A stretch of DNA of 64,000 nucleotides. Origin: Lytechinus pictus (taxonomy: Eukaryota). Positions 1-12,157 of the stretch are shown here, piece by piece; within the stretch, counting starts at the first letter, position 1, and the number at the start of each line of letters is the position of its first letter. The notes below the pieces were generated by a model. It did no database searches. It was not told where the DNA came from and saw only the letters and a list, made by a program, of their open reading frames with translations. Both the position numbers and the translations under genes were made by a program. The stretch spans positions 4,094,001 through 4,158,000 of the forward strand of contig NC_087251.1 of the NCBI RefSeq assembly GCF_037042905.1, read 5' to 3'.

Positions 1-2209
1 GCTTACTGTGGGGGAATCTGAACTGTATGCTATATTCAGAGCAAAAGAAAAAAAAAAAAAGATAGAAAGAGGAAGAAAAGAAAAGAGAAGGAGAGAAGAA
101 TCAATCAATAACACAATCATTACTTCATTCATTTATGTATCATATTATAATCATCAAACAAGTGTCTAAAGTAAACAAGTGGAACGCGTCTGGCAGTCTC
201 GCCTACATTACGCAATTCGATATAGCAGCAGTGCTGCCTTTGAAAACAGCTAATAAATAATTATTCACAGAAGAAAACACTAATATGATAAGAAATTATT
301 ATGTCCATTGACCCAAAATTACCTTTGACCATGTGATCTAAGACATGTGCAAAACAATCATTCATACTTGATTACCCTTATGTCGATGTTTCATGAGCTA
401 GATCCATAAACTTTCTAAGTTATGATGCCAATTCAAAACATACTCCCTACACGGCCAGAGTTCATTGACCTTTAAATGACCTTTGATCTTGGCCATGTTC
501 CTGAAACATGCACAGAGTATTTAGGGATACATTGCTGCTCTTATGTCCAAGTTTCATGAACTAGATCCATAAACTTTTAAAGCTATGATGATAGTTCCAT
601 AAATACCCCTAACATTACCAAAGTTTGTTGACCCTAAATTACCTTTGACCTTGGTCATGTGACCTGAAACTCGCACAGGAAGTTCAAGGATACTTGATTG
701 CTCTTCTGTCCAAGTTTCATGAACTAGATCCATAAAATTTCAAAGTTAGGATGACAATTCCTCAAATACCCCCAACATGACCAAAGTTCATTGGCCCTAA
801 GTGACCTTTGACCTTAATCATGTGACCCTGAAACTCAGGCAGGATCTTCAGTGATATACTATTACCATTATGTCTATGTTTTATGAACTAGGTCCATATA
901 CTTTCTAAGTTATGACAACATTTCAAAAACTTAACCTTGGTTAAGATTTTGATATTGATTCCCTCAACATGGTCTAAGTTCATTAACTCTAAATGACCTT
1001 TGACCTTGGTCATGTGACCTGAAACAGAGGCAGCGTGTTCAGTAATCCTTGATTACCCTTATGTCCAAGTTTCATTAACTAGATCCATATACTTTCTAAG
1101 TTATGATGACATTTCAAAAACTTAACCTTGGTTAAGATTTCAATGTTGACGACGCCGCGGCCGCCGTCGTCGGAAAAGCGGCGCCTATAGTCTCGCTCTG
1201 CTATGCAGGCGAGACAAAAAGCATGATTTTTATAACGTTTCTTAAAATCAAAGAAGAAATATTATTTACCTTCATCTGTGAAGTACAGCCTCCATCCTTT
1301 ATAGGGGATAAGACTATTCTCTAATTCAGATTGGCGTGTACTTGAAACCGGGACAGTATTGTTTGAAACATTATTTCCGAAGCCACCACCTGCAAATCAA
1401 ATAAAACAAATTTACCGATCACATCCGATATCATAACTTAATCATTGTTGATAATATTAACATGAATCAGTTAGAGAGAAAATGTCCCTATAAAATGATT
1501 TGTACATGAATGTAAAACGATCTTACTGATTTACAGTGTTGATATTTCATTTAGTCATCTCAAGGCATGATACAAATCCAATCATCCTACCATTATGCAT
1601 CTTATTTAAAGTCTAAAGAAATTCTTGAAAATATTTTTCAGATGAAAACAGAAGGTATCAAGGTAGAAATGGCTTTAGGTGTAACATCTGTTTAAAAATT
1701 ATTTATTCTGCGTAACTTGGTGTTTAATTCTATATAGATATAGTAGCTTGCAGAATAATGATTGGGTATAATTTATGTTAGGTAGATCTGATGAATCCAA
1801 ATCCAATCTTCATCAAAAGACTGTAGTGCTCTGTCTTTTTCACGTTTCAGGCGATATCAAATCTATTGGAAACAATACTACACTCAGATGTCATCATACT
1901 TAGGTTTTGAAATTGTCACTCGGTATAATTTGTGTACAAACCTCTTCCTCTGTTATTCCATGATCCCCATCCACCTCCTCCTCTCCCTCTCCATCCACCT
2001 CTACCTCTATCACCTCCTCCTTGGCCTCTCCATCCTCTGCCTCCTCCCCCTCTTCCATTACTCTGGTATGTGCTGAAATAGTTTCCTCGAGTGTTCCCTC
2101 GTCCTCTCCAATAGGTGCCTCCTCGCCCCCCTCTTCCCCTTGCTCCCCCATCATCTCTGGTATCTCCTCCTCCCCTCCAGGTTGATGAGGACCCCTGACT
2201 CTGACTCAT
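1..2209 (-). CDS. MCM8: DNA helicase MCM8, first coding exons (2209-1942, 1389-1270, 29-<1); gene continues beyond the left edge
   Basis: Exons splice in frame with GT-AG boundaries (phase 1, phase 1). They give an RG/RGG-rich N-terminus followed by STRQSELENSLIPYKGWRLYFTDE|AYSSDSPT, matching the MCM8 N-terminal motif (human, from memory: QSTLDRFIPYKGWKLYFSEVYSDSSP). Confidence 0.9.
175..1220 (-). mobile_element. Helentron-associated non-autonomous element (HINE/DINE-1-like) with internal ~160-bp tandem repeats, in an MCM8 intron
   Basis: 13-bp subterminal inverted repeats GTCTCGCCTACAT (196-208) / ATGCAGGCGAGAC (1203-1215). Extra partial IR GTCTCGC (1190-1196) forms a terminal hairpin. Flanking A/T runs, a GAC/GCC microsatellite-like palindrome (1148-1171), and ~5 copies of an ACCTTTGACC...GTTTCATGAACTAG unit. 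Confidence 0.7.
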
Positions 2210-2639
2210 GCTGACTTTCAAATCATATCTTCAGGAGACATCAGCTTCTACAAATAAACAAATCAAAACACTGTTTAAAAGGGGAAGACCACCTGCTTGA
2301 TATTAAGTCAGTTTTAAATAAAAGCAGAGAGATGAGAGAAACATGAAGGTTTGAGAAAAATACATTGAAAAATGACTTCTTACTTCTTGCTTCCAATATT
2401 CAAATTTAGTGAACTTGTAAATAGCCAATGCACTCACTACGTTATATTTCTTTCTCTCCTCTCTCACATTATCAGTAACTGCTCCCTACCTGCTCCTTTT
2501 CACTTTCCAATATGGCAATTCTCATATACCTCCCATATTTCCCTTTATATTCTTTCTCTCTCTCCTCACATTCTCTCTCATCTATCCCCTTTTACTCCTT
2601 CTCTCGACCTCTCTGAAGAACAAATTTGATAACAATTAA

Positions 2640-3223
2640 AGGAGAATGAAACTCTTGGAGCAAGTTAGCTTTTGTGTAAGCAGAAAAATCAAAGAATAAG
2701 ATCAACAAAAGTTTGAGTAAAATAGGACTAGCAATAGAAGAGTTATGAGCATTTGAATGTCGAGATCACTAATGCTATGGAGATCCTCCCATTGGCAACG
2801 CAACCAAGATCTATGATATCACAGATGAACAACTCTCCCCTTTTGGACACTGAAAATATACCCCAAAACATCTATTTTTGCTCATTCTAATCATATGACA
2901 AACGATTCATCAATGATATAATGTTGTGAAACCTCTGTACTTGTCCTCTCATAAAGAGAACACCTCACCTTGTGATAGATTCTATAAAAGTGAGAATATA
3001 AGTGAAATAAGTACTAAAGCAATGAGGGAGTTGTACGTGTATGACATCACAGATCTTGGTCGCATTGCCAATGGGAGGATCTACATGGCATTAGTGATCT
3101 CAATATTCAAACGCTCATAACTTTCTTATTATTCATTCAATCTTCCTCAAACTTTCAACAATATGTTTCTTTGATTTTTCTCTTTGATATGGATTCAGCT
3201 GGTTTCAAGAGTTTCATTCTCCT
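2640..3223. mobile_element. Kolobok-type MITE (TTAA TSD, AGG...CCT termini)
   Basis: TTAA|AGGAGAATGAAACTCTTG ... CAAGAGTTTCATTCTCCT|TTAA; long imperfect internal palindrome. Confidence 0.85.
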
Positions 3224-5558
3224 TTAAACGTTTTTATTATTTAGACAGGCCAGGTGAAAATAACTATTTGTCGACTGTCCCCACCTGCTTTCTTTTAGTG
3301 GTCATCTCTCATTTTCATTTTTACACTTGATAGTTTCAATTAGCCACAGGAAAAATCAAGTACAAAATAATGAAAACCAGTCTCTTTTAATTTGCTTGAG
3401 AGACTTCTTCTTCATTAGAGTACATCCCTCTTGTAGAGTATTGTTGTACTTGTGCAAAAAAGAAGGTGTAGTCGCAGGAACATGTGTTAAGAAAAGTGCA
3501 GTGATGTACTACCGGTATACAATATAAAATTTGCTGTTTAGCCAAGGCACAAGTAAAAATCAAGAACATGATGAAACATAAGGGATTTTATCCTTGAGAA
3601 GCGCTCGTAATGTAACACGAGTGGGTTTGTCAGGATATCACATCTGTAAGGACTTGGTAATCAAACATGATATTACTATTTCATTTTTCCAAATATATTT
3701 AAATTGGAAAATAAAAGAGTGAGCAAATATTTTGATAAAAATAAAACCACAACAAAATTATTCATAACTGTTATAAAAGAAGAAGGCAATAAAAGTCATA
3801 ATTTGACGGTTTTGCCAAAATCATTACCAACCAACCAGGCTGTGATGTTTCTACTACAAGAAAACAAGGAGGCTCAAATACACATCTGACTTGGTTGAGG
3901 TACAGATGAGGAGTGATCTTTATTCACAAGTTACAAAGGTTTCTGACAATAGTTGGTTGAGTCATCATCGTTTCATATAGTTGGGCATAAATATCGTACA
4001 GTTGTAGTCACACTAGTCATAGTGCCATAGTCAGGGGCCTTAGGCCCATAATTTGAAGTTTTGGGGACAGAGCACCAAACTTTCCCTATGTCACTATTAG
4101 GTCAAAAGCTTCATTTTTTCCCACAGAACATGGTGTTGAAAATCGTATCTTCATGCAAAAATATGCTAATTTATGCAAATTAGCAGTAATTTATGCATGA
4201 ATCCATATGCCAATAGAAATCAATAAATAAAAGTTAATCAAAAAGATACCAAACTTTAGGAAAGTCTCTATCAGGTCAATAGCTTTCATTTTCCCCACAG
4301 ATCATAGTGTTAGAAATGGCATCTTCATGCAAAAATATGCTAATTTATGCAAATTAGCAGTAATTTATGCATGAAGCCAAATGCCAATAGGAATTAATTA
4401 ATAAAAGTAAATAAAGAGATACCAAACTTTAGGAAAGTCTCTTTCAGGTCAATAGCTTTAAATTTCCTTATTAAACATGATATCTAAAATTGTGTCTTCA
4501 TGCAAAAATATGTTAATTTATGTAAATTAGCAGTTAATTTATGCATGAATAGTAAAAATTAGTAAAAAGGAATTAAAGGAAACCAAACTTAAAGAAAATC
4601 TTTATCAGATCGATAGCTTTAATTTTCCATATCAAACGTGCTATTGAAAATCCCGTCTTCATGCAAAATATGCTAATTTATGTAAATTAGCAATTATTTT
4701 ATACATGAATGTATAAATTAGTCCCATTCCAATGGGTATTAACAGTGGAAAAGGGGCCAAACATTTGAAGTACCTCTATCAGCTCAAAAGCTTCAATTTT
4801 TACCAGCAAAACATGCTATTGAAAATCATGTTTCCATGCAAAAGTGTGTTATATTAAATTATGTAAATTAACAATAATTTATGTATATGAAGCTGTATTC
4901 CAATGACTAAGCAAATACAGTGAAAAGAGGCCGAAATTTGGAAGAAAACCTGCATCTTTTCCACAATATATGTATGCTATTGATAACAAAGTCATTTAAA
5001 ACATATGCTATTTTGCTAATTATGATATGCTAATTATTTCTGCTAATGGAAATAATTCTGCATAAAAAATATGCTGCTTATTGAAGCAAATTTGATGCAG
5101 ATTCATCTTACGGGAAAAAGAACCCTCTTTGAACGGGTGTCCATTTCAAAACTTCAAAACTTTGGAGACGCCCCACACCAAAGGCTTTGTATACGGAGGT
5201 ATATAGCCATGAACTATCTGTCAGTTAAAGTCTGATTTTCTCAATAGCTATAAAGTATATATGGATCACAGTTAAGCAAATTTTCAGTCGTTGGGAATCA
5301 AAATAGTGTCCAAAAATCTCTTTCAAGTTGTGTAATAATCACATCATGGGCAATGTATACGTGGGCATATTCTATAAATCTGCACATTATTACTATCTCC
5401 TTTCGATTAGAGACCTATCCTATATTGTAATTAATTTTGTTGGGATGTAAAGTAATGATTTTCAGTAAATATCAAAATCTGCAGCTCCACTGTGAGGAGG
5501 GATTGTAGACCAAGGTATAATTCAAGTAAGCAATGAGTCTGATCGAGACTATACTTCA

Positions 5559-6400
5559 ACCAGGGTTACACAAGAACCAAATTCTTCCTCAAAAGTTTGG
5601 ACTGATTCTTCCCGAATATGGCCTGATTGGGATGAATTCGGTGGATGTGCAACCTATTCGTCTCTGATTCAGCTCTGATCCGAGGTGCTGACTGCATTAG
5701 AGACGATAAGGTCTGGAATACGTCCCGTATCAGAGCAGAATCCCTGAGAATTTACTCGAATCAAAATTGACTGTCCCGCATAGAGCCGTATGCAAACCCG
5801 AACAGTGGCAACAATCGAGCAAAAGGTGGCCAGAATCGAGCCAAATTTAGCCCGAATCCTCTGATTTTCGCGACCTGAATAACGACCCGAATTGGAACGA
5901 TTATGCCGAATTCGCCGAGTACGCCACTGATTTTCCCGAAAATACGCCACATTCTTTCAAAATGGGCTATAATTGACCGATTCGGCAGCTATTCGGATGC
6001 CATGTTTCTATTTTCTGGCCAATTTGTCTCACTTGTCCATATTCTTCTCTGTATTCGAGTAATGATTCGTAAGATATGGGGAGGCAAGAGTCGGACCTTT
6101 ACTCTACAACTGATACGAATAGCTCTTAATCTGCCCAGAGTACCCCAAATGCCTCCCAAAATCCAACAGAATTCCATCGGAATACATCCCGAATGTGGCC
6201 CGAATGAAATTGGGGAGTATTTTGGAGGTATTCGGCTGATTTTGAACATTTTCATAACGAGCCGAATTCCTCCAAGAATGTTCCCTAATCCCTCCTGAAT
6301 TTTCCTGCATTCGGGAGGGGAGAACAGAGTGGTCCAGAATCCATCCTTATGTGTATTCGGATGGATTTGCAGCTTATTTGGTTTTGGTGTAACCCATGTT
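5559..6400. mobile_element. Harbinger-like foldback MITE rich in CCGAAT/ATTCGG, nested in the Academ-like element
   Basis: TIRs GGGTTACACAAGAACCAAA / TTTGGTTTTGGTGTAACCC; dense dispersed CCGAAT motif. Confidence 0.6.
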
Positions 6401-6529
6401 TTAAGTAGGCAATCCATTTCTAGACTACAAACCAGAATAGGATGCAACTGTGGTAAACACCCTGCAAAACATTCAGAGGATAACCAATGTACAGTCGCAA
6501 GAATACATCACGTCAGTCCTGGTTTAATA

Positions 6530-7112
6530 AGCTAGGTTTACACCAAAACCTAATTCTCCCGAATAAATTTGGACTGATTCAGATGGATTAGGGGAGTTCC
6601 CCCAAATAGAGAAGAATGGGTCCGGAATATGTCCCGATTCAGCACAGAATCGCCAAGAATTGACCAAATCAATTTTGGCCACCCCCAAAGAGCAGAATGC
6701 CCACACGAATAGTGGCAAGAATCGACCCAAGCATGTCCAGAATCCAGCCGACCCGATATCTCTGATTACAGCCGAACGATGGCCTGAATATGGACCCGAA
6801 TCAGAACGAATGTGCCGAGCTCGGACGGTTCGGGACAGTTATGCCCAGAATGATAAAAATAGGTCCGAATCTGCCCAGAAAACTCCAAATGCCTCCCCTA
6901 ATCCAACCGAATGTACCGAATACATCCCAAATGTTGCCCAAATGAAATTTGTTGTCACATTCGGGAGTATTCTGGAGGGTATTCGACTGGTTTTGAACAT
7001 TTTAAAATGAGCTGAATTCCTCAGCGAATGTTCCAAAATTTTCTCGCATTTACGAAGGCAAAACAGAATATTCCTTAAACCACCCGAATACGTGTATATG
7101 TGAAAGGGGTAT
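6530..7112. mobile_element. Second related CCGAAT-rich element nested in the Academ-like element
   Basis: Starts AGCTAGGTTTACACCAAAACC. Internally similar to 5560-6400 (e.g. CCAAATGCCTCCC..AATCCA, TTTTGAACATTT). The right end differs. Confidence 0.5.
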
Positions 7113-9807
7113 GCACAGGATTTATAATTTGCATAAATTTGCATTTTAAACATGATACCCTCCTCTTGTTGCATGGAAAGTCACCATAATGAATGAATTG
7201 TGTAACAGTGTCTCATATGCATAGTGTTGTGCTCGTCCCTCGGTTTAAAACCTCGAAATATGATAGTTAATGTGTTTTACACATATTTGCATAAATTTTG
7301 CATAAATTTGCATTAATTAACATTGAAAATTGATTCTCATTCGGGAAATGTACAGAAATCAATCTAGATTTGATGCCCCATCAAAATAAATCCTAAATAC
7401 CCCCCCCCCCCAAAAAAAAAAGGTGTCTAGAAAAGTTTAGGTCTATACTATACATACACAATAATTTACGGTGAATAGTGTGATTTTGTATAATTTTGCA
7501 TAAATTAGCACTGTGAAATAGGATTCCAGTCATTGATATCGAGACATTCTATCCAGAATTAATGCTTTTGGTACCAGTGACACATGTGGAAAAATAATTG
7601 TGATTTTGACAATTCTATATGTCGAGATATGATAAAATATGTGTTTTTGCATAAAATTTGCATAAATTAACCTTAGGAATTGATTCATACTCACCAATTA
7701 AAAAAAAAATCGACCTGTAGTTGAATATTTTGCAAAAGAAGACCAAAATACACAAAAATTTGGCATTTGAAAATTATTTTAGTGAAATATGGTGAATTAA
7801 GAGTTTTTTGCCTAAAATTTGCATAAATTAGCATTTTAAAATAGGGTGCCCTTCACCGATTTCGGGGCACCCTATCTAGAATTAATGCTTTTGATACCAG
7901 GGACCCACATGCAAAAAATGGCGCTTTTGTAAATTCTGTCCCCAAAATTTTGCTAAGGCCCCTGACTACCAGGTTAGTATTAGTAATAGTATACTATTGG
8001 GCTGTTCCATAAAATAATAAACTTTTTGGTCAAAATTTCAAAATACTGCAAACAGAACAAATTAGGTATAACTTGAAAGCTAAGACACCGAAAATGAATC
8101 TGAAAGAAATAATTTCAAACAATGTTTCGTTTTATTTTGGCAAGGCATTGAAGTTGCCATAGAAACAAGATACAATTTTACTTATATTAAAGCTCAAGTT
8201 TGCAACAAATTTTAAACCTCATATATGCTTTGAAATAATCACATCATGTCCAAGTTGTTATTATGTCAGGTTTTAAAAAAATAAGTTAGGTTTTTTCAAC
8301 TTCTTTTTTTTTACCAAATATTTTAAAAGCAGGCACTTTAAAATCTACGTCCGACCCCTTTTCACATACACTTTTTTTTTTACAAGCAAAACAAAATCAG
8401 ATAAATTTCCCCCAAGTCAGATGCAAAGCAAGCTTTTTATACACCAGAAGGTAGTTCACCACTACTCTACGATTTCAAGTTAAATGGGGGTTAGACGTAC
8501 AGTTTTTTTTTTGTCCGACCCCTTTGCATGTTGTTTTTACAAAGTTTCCTTGTACTGCTTATATGTTTTTTGCAAAATTTAAATATCATAACATCTTCTA
8601 CTCATATCAATCTTTCAAAATTAAATGATCTTCAAAGGGGGTTGGAGATGTATGGCAGTGTATCCTATTGCCGGACGCCTTTATTTCAGTGCTTTAAAAA
8701 TGACAACTAGAGGAAATACAATCAAGAAAAATTCGCACTTGCTATTCCAAATGTTATGAAAATTATGAATATATTATATTTACCAACCATTTTCTTTGCA
8801 TCACACTTGCCGCAAACAATGGATGATTTATTGTCTCTATGTCTCCATCTAAGCATCCTCAGACCAGGGTGCCCTTCATATTGATTTATGTTTGAGTGGA
8901 TGTACGGTGTGAGCCTGTGTCCGAGCGTATGATTGACATATTTGTAGAGGAGTGTACATGGGGGGGGGGGTTGTGTGTAGAATGTGAGGAAATGTGTGTG
9001 GTTCTTTTGAACACTGGGTAGTTGTTGTATGGTGATTGCGGTCACGACAGAAGGGTACTCTGGTGTGGGGGTTGCGGGGTGGAGGTACAGTGCCAGTTGT
9101 ATGTCTTTGACACCTGTTTGCCTGTTTCGGCCAGAGAGCATTGGATAATGTATCGTTCTCTGGTAGGACGGGTACACGGGTGTTAGAGATGTGTGACTGG
9201 TACTGTGCAAGTAGGTTGCACAATTGCATTGTCCTATTTCTCTCTGACTTCTCTTCTTTTCTTATCTTCTACTTTTTCTCTTCTATTCTCTATGATCTCA
9301 TTCTCCCCCTTTCCTTCTCTCTCTTTTCTTCTCGTACAGTTGTGCAATACATATTTTAACAGTTATGATTGTTTTCAAATGTATTATTTATGCCATTGTT
9401 TATTGTATTCATGTTTGTAACTTATGCCCGAAAGCAAATTTTGTGTATTCTTATGCATGACAATAAATTATCTTGAATCTTGAATCTCCTCCACGAAAAC
9501 AATTATTTTCATGCGTGACAAATTCCATGATTCCTGGTGCGCGCCGGACAGGTCAAGATATTCTTGATTACTAGGATGTAAGAAATTGGTGTGATTTTTT
9601 TCTTTATATATCATATCATGAGTAAATTCTAAGTTTTTGTTTGCTTTTTTTATATGGAATCTTAGCAGATGTTGGTAATAAATTTTTGTTTGATAACTAG
9701 AGTTTTTATTTATTTATTTTCTTTTTAACTGCAAAGTCTGCGTGCTCTATCCATGGCACTTTCCAATATTATGCTTGTTCGTATCGTGACGCTCAAAGTT
9801 CTATTGA

Positions 9808-9965
9808 TAATAATAATAATAATCCTTTTTTATATAGCGCTTAATACATCGGAACGACGTGTCTAAGCGCTTTACAGATATATTATTACCCCGGTGATCG
9901 GATTCAATCAGTCATTCCCGCACACAATGTGTGCACATCCTCCACTCCCTGGGGAGTATTCCAGT
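9808..9965 (-). mobile_element. 3' part of a SINE with an L2-like tail
   Basis: Minus strand reads CTGGAATACTCCCCAGGGAGTGGAG...TGTAAAGCGCTTAGA...AAGCGCTATATAAAA and ends in (ATT)n. Confidence 0.55.
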
Positions 9966-10647
9966 CTTTTGCGCTGTCGATCGTCGACGGCTAGCTCTAA
10001 TCAAGGTAAACCTCGTGCACGGGTACCTAGTTGAGAACTAGCCGTCGACGATCACCCACAATACACCACACCTCAACATTCGATCGAAGGAGCGGACGAG
10101 ACTGAAGTTCGGCAAATCAGGCCCATATTTCCGTCAGAAAATATATTGTTAATGCAAATTATGTTATATGATATTTTAAGCATTTTCTGTTATTTCAGAG
10201 ATAATTAAGGTGAAAGTTGGATTTTTTTTGCCCTGTTTTTTGCAATCTTGTTCTGTGTATTGCTCTGTGAAATTGAAGTTTGAACTGCGGAAGTCTTACG
10301 GTACAAAATTGTTTTTGTACGCAGTAATATGAGTGTCCGGTAATACAAATATACAATAGCCTATGTGACTATACCAGAGAACAAGTACTGTAAGTAACGG
10401 TGTATTAACCGCACCTTTTTCTCGGCGGGATATAAGCAAAAGTCGGGGGTGCGGTTTATCCACGGTGACGGGTCTGAGCCCGCCCGCGTAACCCCTCCCG
10501 AACATGTAAGAAGTCTGCCAGTTCACAACACATCGAGTGGCCGGGCATAGCCGCCCAGGGCAATGTCGTTTAGAGGGGTATGAGCCGCGGGTAATGGGAA
10601 GCGATTATTACGATCTTAATCAAATAGTGTCCATAACAAATGCACCC

Positions 10648-10726
10648 ACCTTCATGACACTAATTTCGACTTTATTCTCGATTCAAAGCAGCGAAGTTCC
10701 CTGGCTTAGTTCAAAGAGACGCCAAG
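10648..10726 (-). promoter_or_regulatory. Candidate MCM8 promoter / non-coding first exon with a CDE/E2F-CHR-like module
   Basis: Minus strand TTGGCG-TCTC-TTTGAA (10725-10710), a second TTTGAA (10687-10682), and a downstream donor AAG|GTGGGT at 10650/10649, all in a CpG-rich patch. Confidence 0.4.
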
Positions 10727-11961
10727 CATTCTCGATAATAATTTGTCACAGCTGAGCAAGAGCCGAGAGCTAGCTTGCGTTGTATTGTGGTTTTAGTGCG
10801 ACTTAACTATTCATTTTAAAGGTATAGTGTATGATTGGTTGATCTCAGACAAGGGCAATGAATCAATTTTGAAATTATTACATTCATTAAATACCTATAT
10901 TATTGCTCTATTTTATCACGGAAAAGAAACTTGCATAACTTTTATATTCTCATGATATTGAGGGGTGAAACATATATTATAACAATTATCGGTTAATCGA
11001 TATGCCTTGGAACTTTCTTGTTGACGCCCTCTCGGGTTAAAAAATAAATTGATATTAGAACACCGTTCGAATCATGCATATTCATTACGACTCATGCATA
11101 TTGATGAAATACGTCATGGCGCATGCGCAGTATCAAGAAATCCCCGTATCGACAAAGTGCAGTACTCTGTGTGTGTAGCTGAGTAGAAAGCAAACATCGA
11201 ACGGTGCGTGCAAGCTCAATGAGCCGATGCTAGGCGGCTAGCGACATGCTTGCGCTCTGCATTAGTTTCAGATATAATCCACTATTTGCGATAGCACACA
11301 CAGGATAAGAATACTATATTGAGCTATATCCATAAATGTATCGTACGCGTGAAAAAGGATTCAGACACGTTGATTATCTGACGTGAATGACGAAGCAAAG
11401 GATTGCCCAATACGGCTTACTTTCGGACTCTTATGTCATGAATCTGAAAGTACTCCAAGACTAAAAGAGATACGAGAATCCCAGAGATGGGCAAGGGCCG
11501 AGTTCCGAGTTTGATCTTTATTCATGTGGATTGTAGCTCTTTTATGCACCTTTCCCTTCATGTATAGCTTGGCGTGATACATATACGGGAACTCTGTATA
11601 CTGACTCCTTGGCCCTCCCCAAAGGAAAGGGGGAGGGAGGAGAGAGAAGAAAGAAAGAAGTGGATTGGTGAAAGAGAATCAGGAGAGCCATCATAAAGGG
11701 ATATGGATACAACATACCCTAATTTGATATTTTGGTGTTTTTTTATCTTTCCTGAATGTTTCAGTCAGTTTCAGATTATTTAGATCCACTCGCAAAGTAC
11801 AGAGGAGAAATTGGAAAAAAAAGTTAAACCAAAAATATTTAAAACTCTAAACAGACGGCCACCACCATTCTGTCTACAGCCAAGCATGAAGGGAAAGGGC
11901 GAAGAGAAAAACGATTACTTTCAGAGCAGGTTCTACGATATAAAACAGGGTTTGTTTAATA

Positions 11962-12157
11962 CGGGGTTAAATATAGGCCTATAGTAAAACATTACGAAGA
12001 TGCAATCATATAGGCCTATAGTAAAACATAACGAATATGCAACCCCAATGCGGGGTTAAATATAGGCCTATAGTAAAACATAACGAAGATGCAACCCCAA
12101 TGCGGGGTTAAATATAGGCCTATAGTAAAACATAACTGAAGATACAATCCCAATGCA
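11962..12157. repeat. Minisatellite, ~52-bp unit, ~4 copies
   Basis: GCGGGGTTAAATATAGGCCTATAGTAAAACATAACGAAGATGCAACCCCAAT repeated; one unit carries a deletion. Confidence 0.9.

Larger units (their letters stand above)
4028..7968. mobile_element. Non-autonomous Academ-like DNA transposon (~3.9 kb) with subterminal ~174-bp tandem repeats
   Basis: TIRs TAGTCAGGGGCCTTAG / CTAAGGCCCCTGACTA and 3-bp TSD CCA (4025-4027, 7969-7971). TAG termini plus a 3-bp TSD fit Academ. ATGCAAAAATATGCTAATTTATGCAAATTAGC repeats on the left are mirrored in inverted form on the right. Confidence 0.75.

Noticed and set aside
1916..2221. RGG-rich ORF initially suggestive of vasa/DDX4 or fibrillarin
   Set aside because: It splices in frame to the IPYKGWRLYF exon diagnostic of MCM8.
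5669..7174. Cluster of 90-150 aa overlapping ORFs
   Set aside because: They arise from CCGAAT-motif foldback repeats on both strands; no domain signatures.
8722..9490. 162-aa and 117-aa ORFs; possible LINE 3' end with a (CTTGAAT)n tail
   Set aside because: ORFs are low-complexity with no RT motif; only the tail hints at a retroelement, which is too weak to call.
11962..12157. CRISPR-like repeat array
   Set aside because: Units are contiguous with no unique spacers, the context is eukaryotic, and there are no cas genes.
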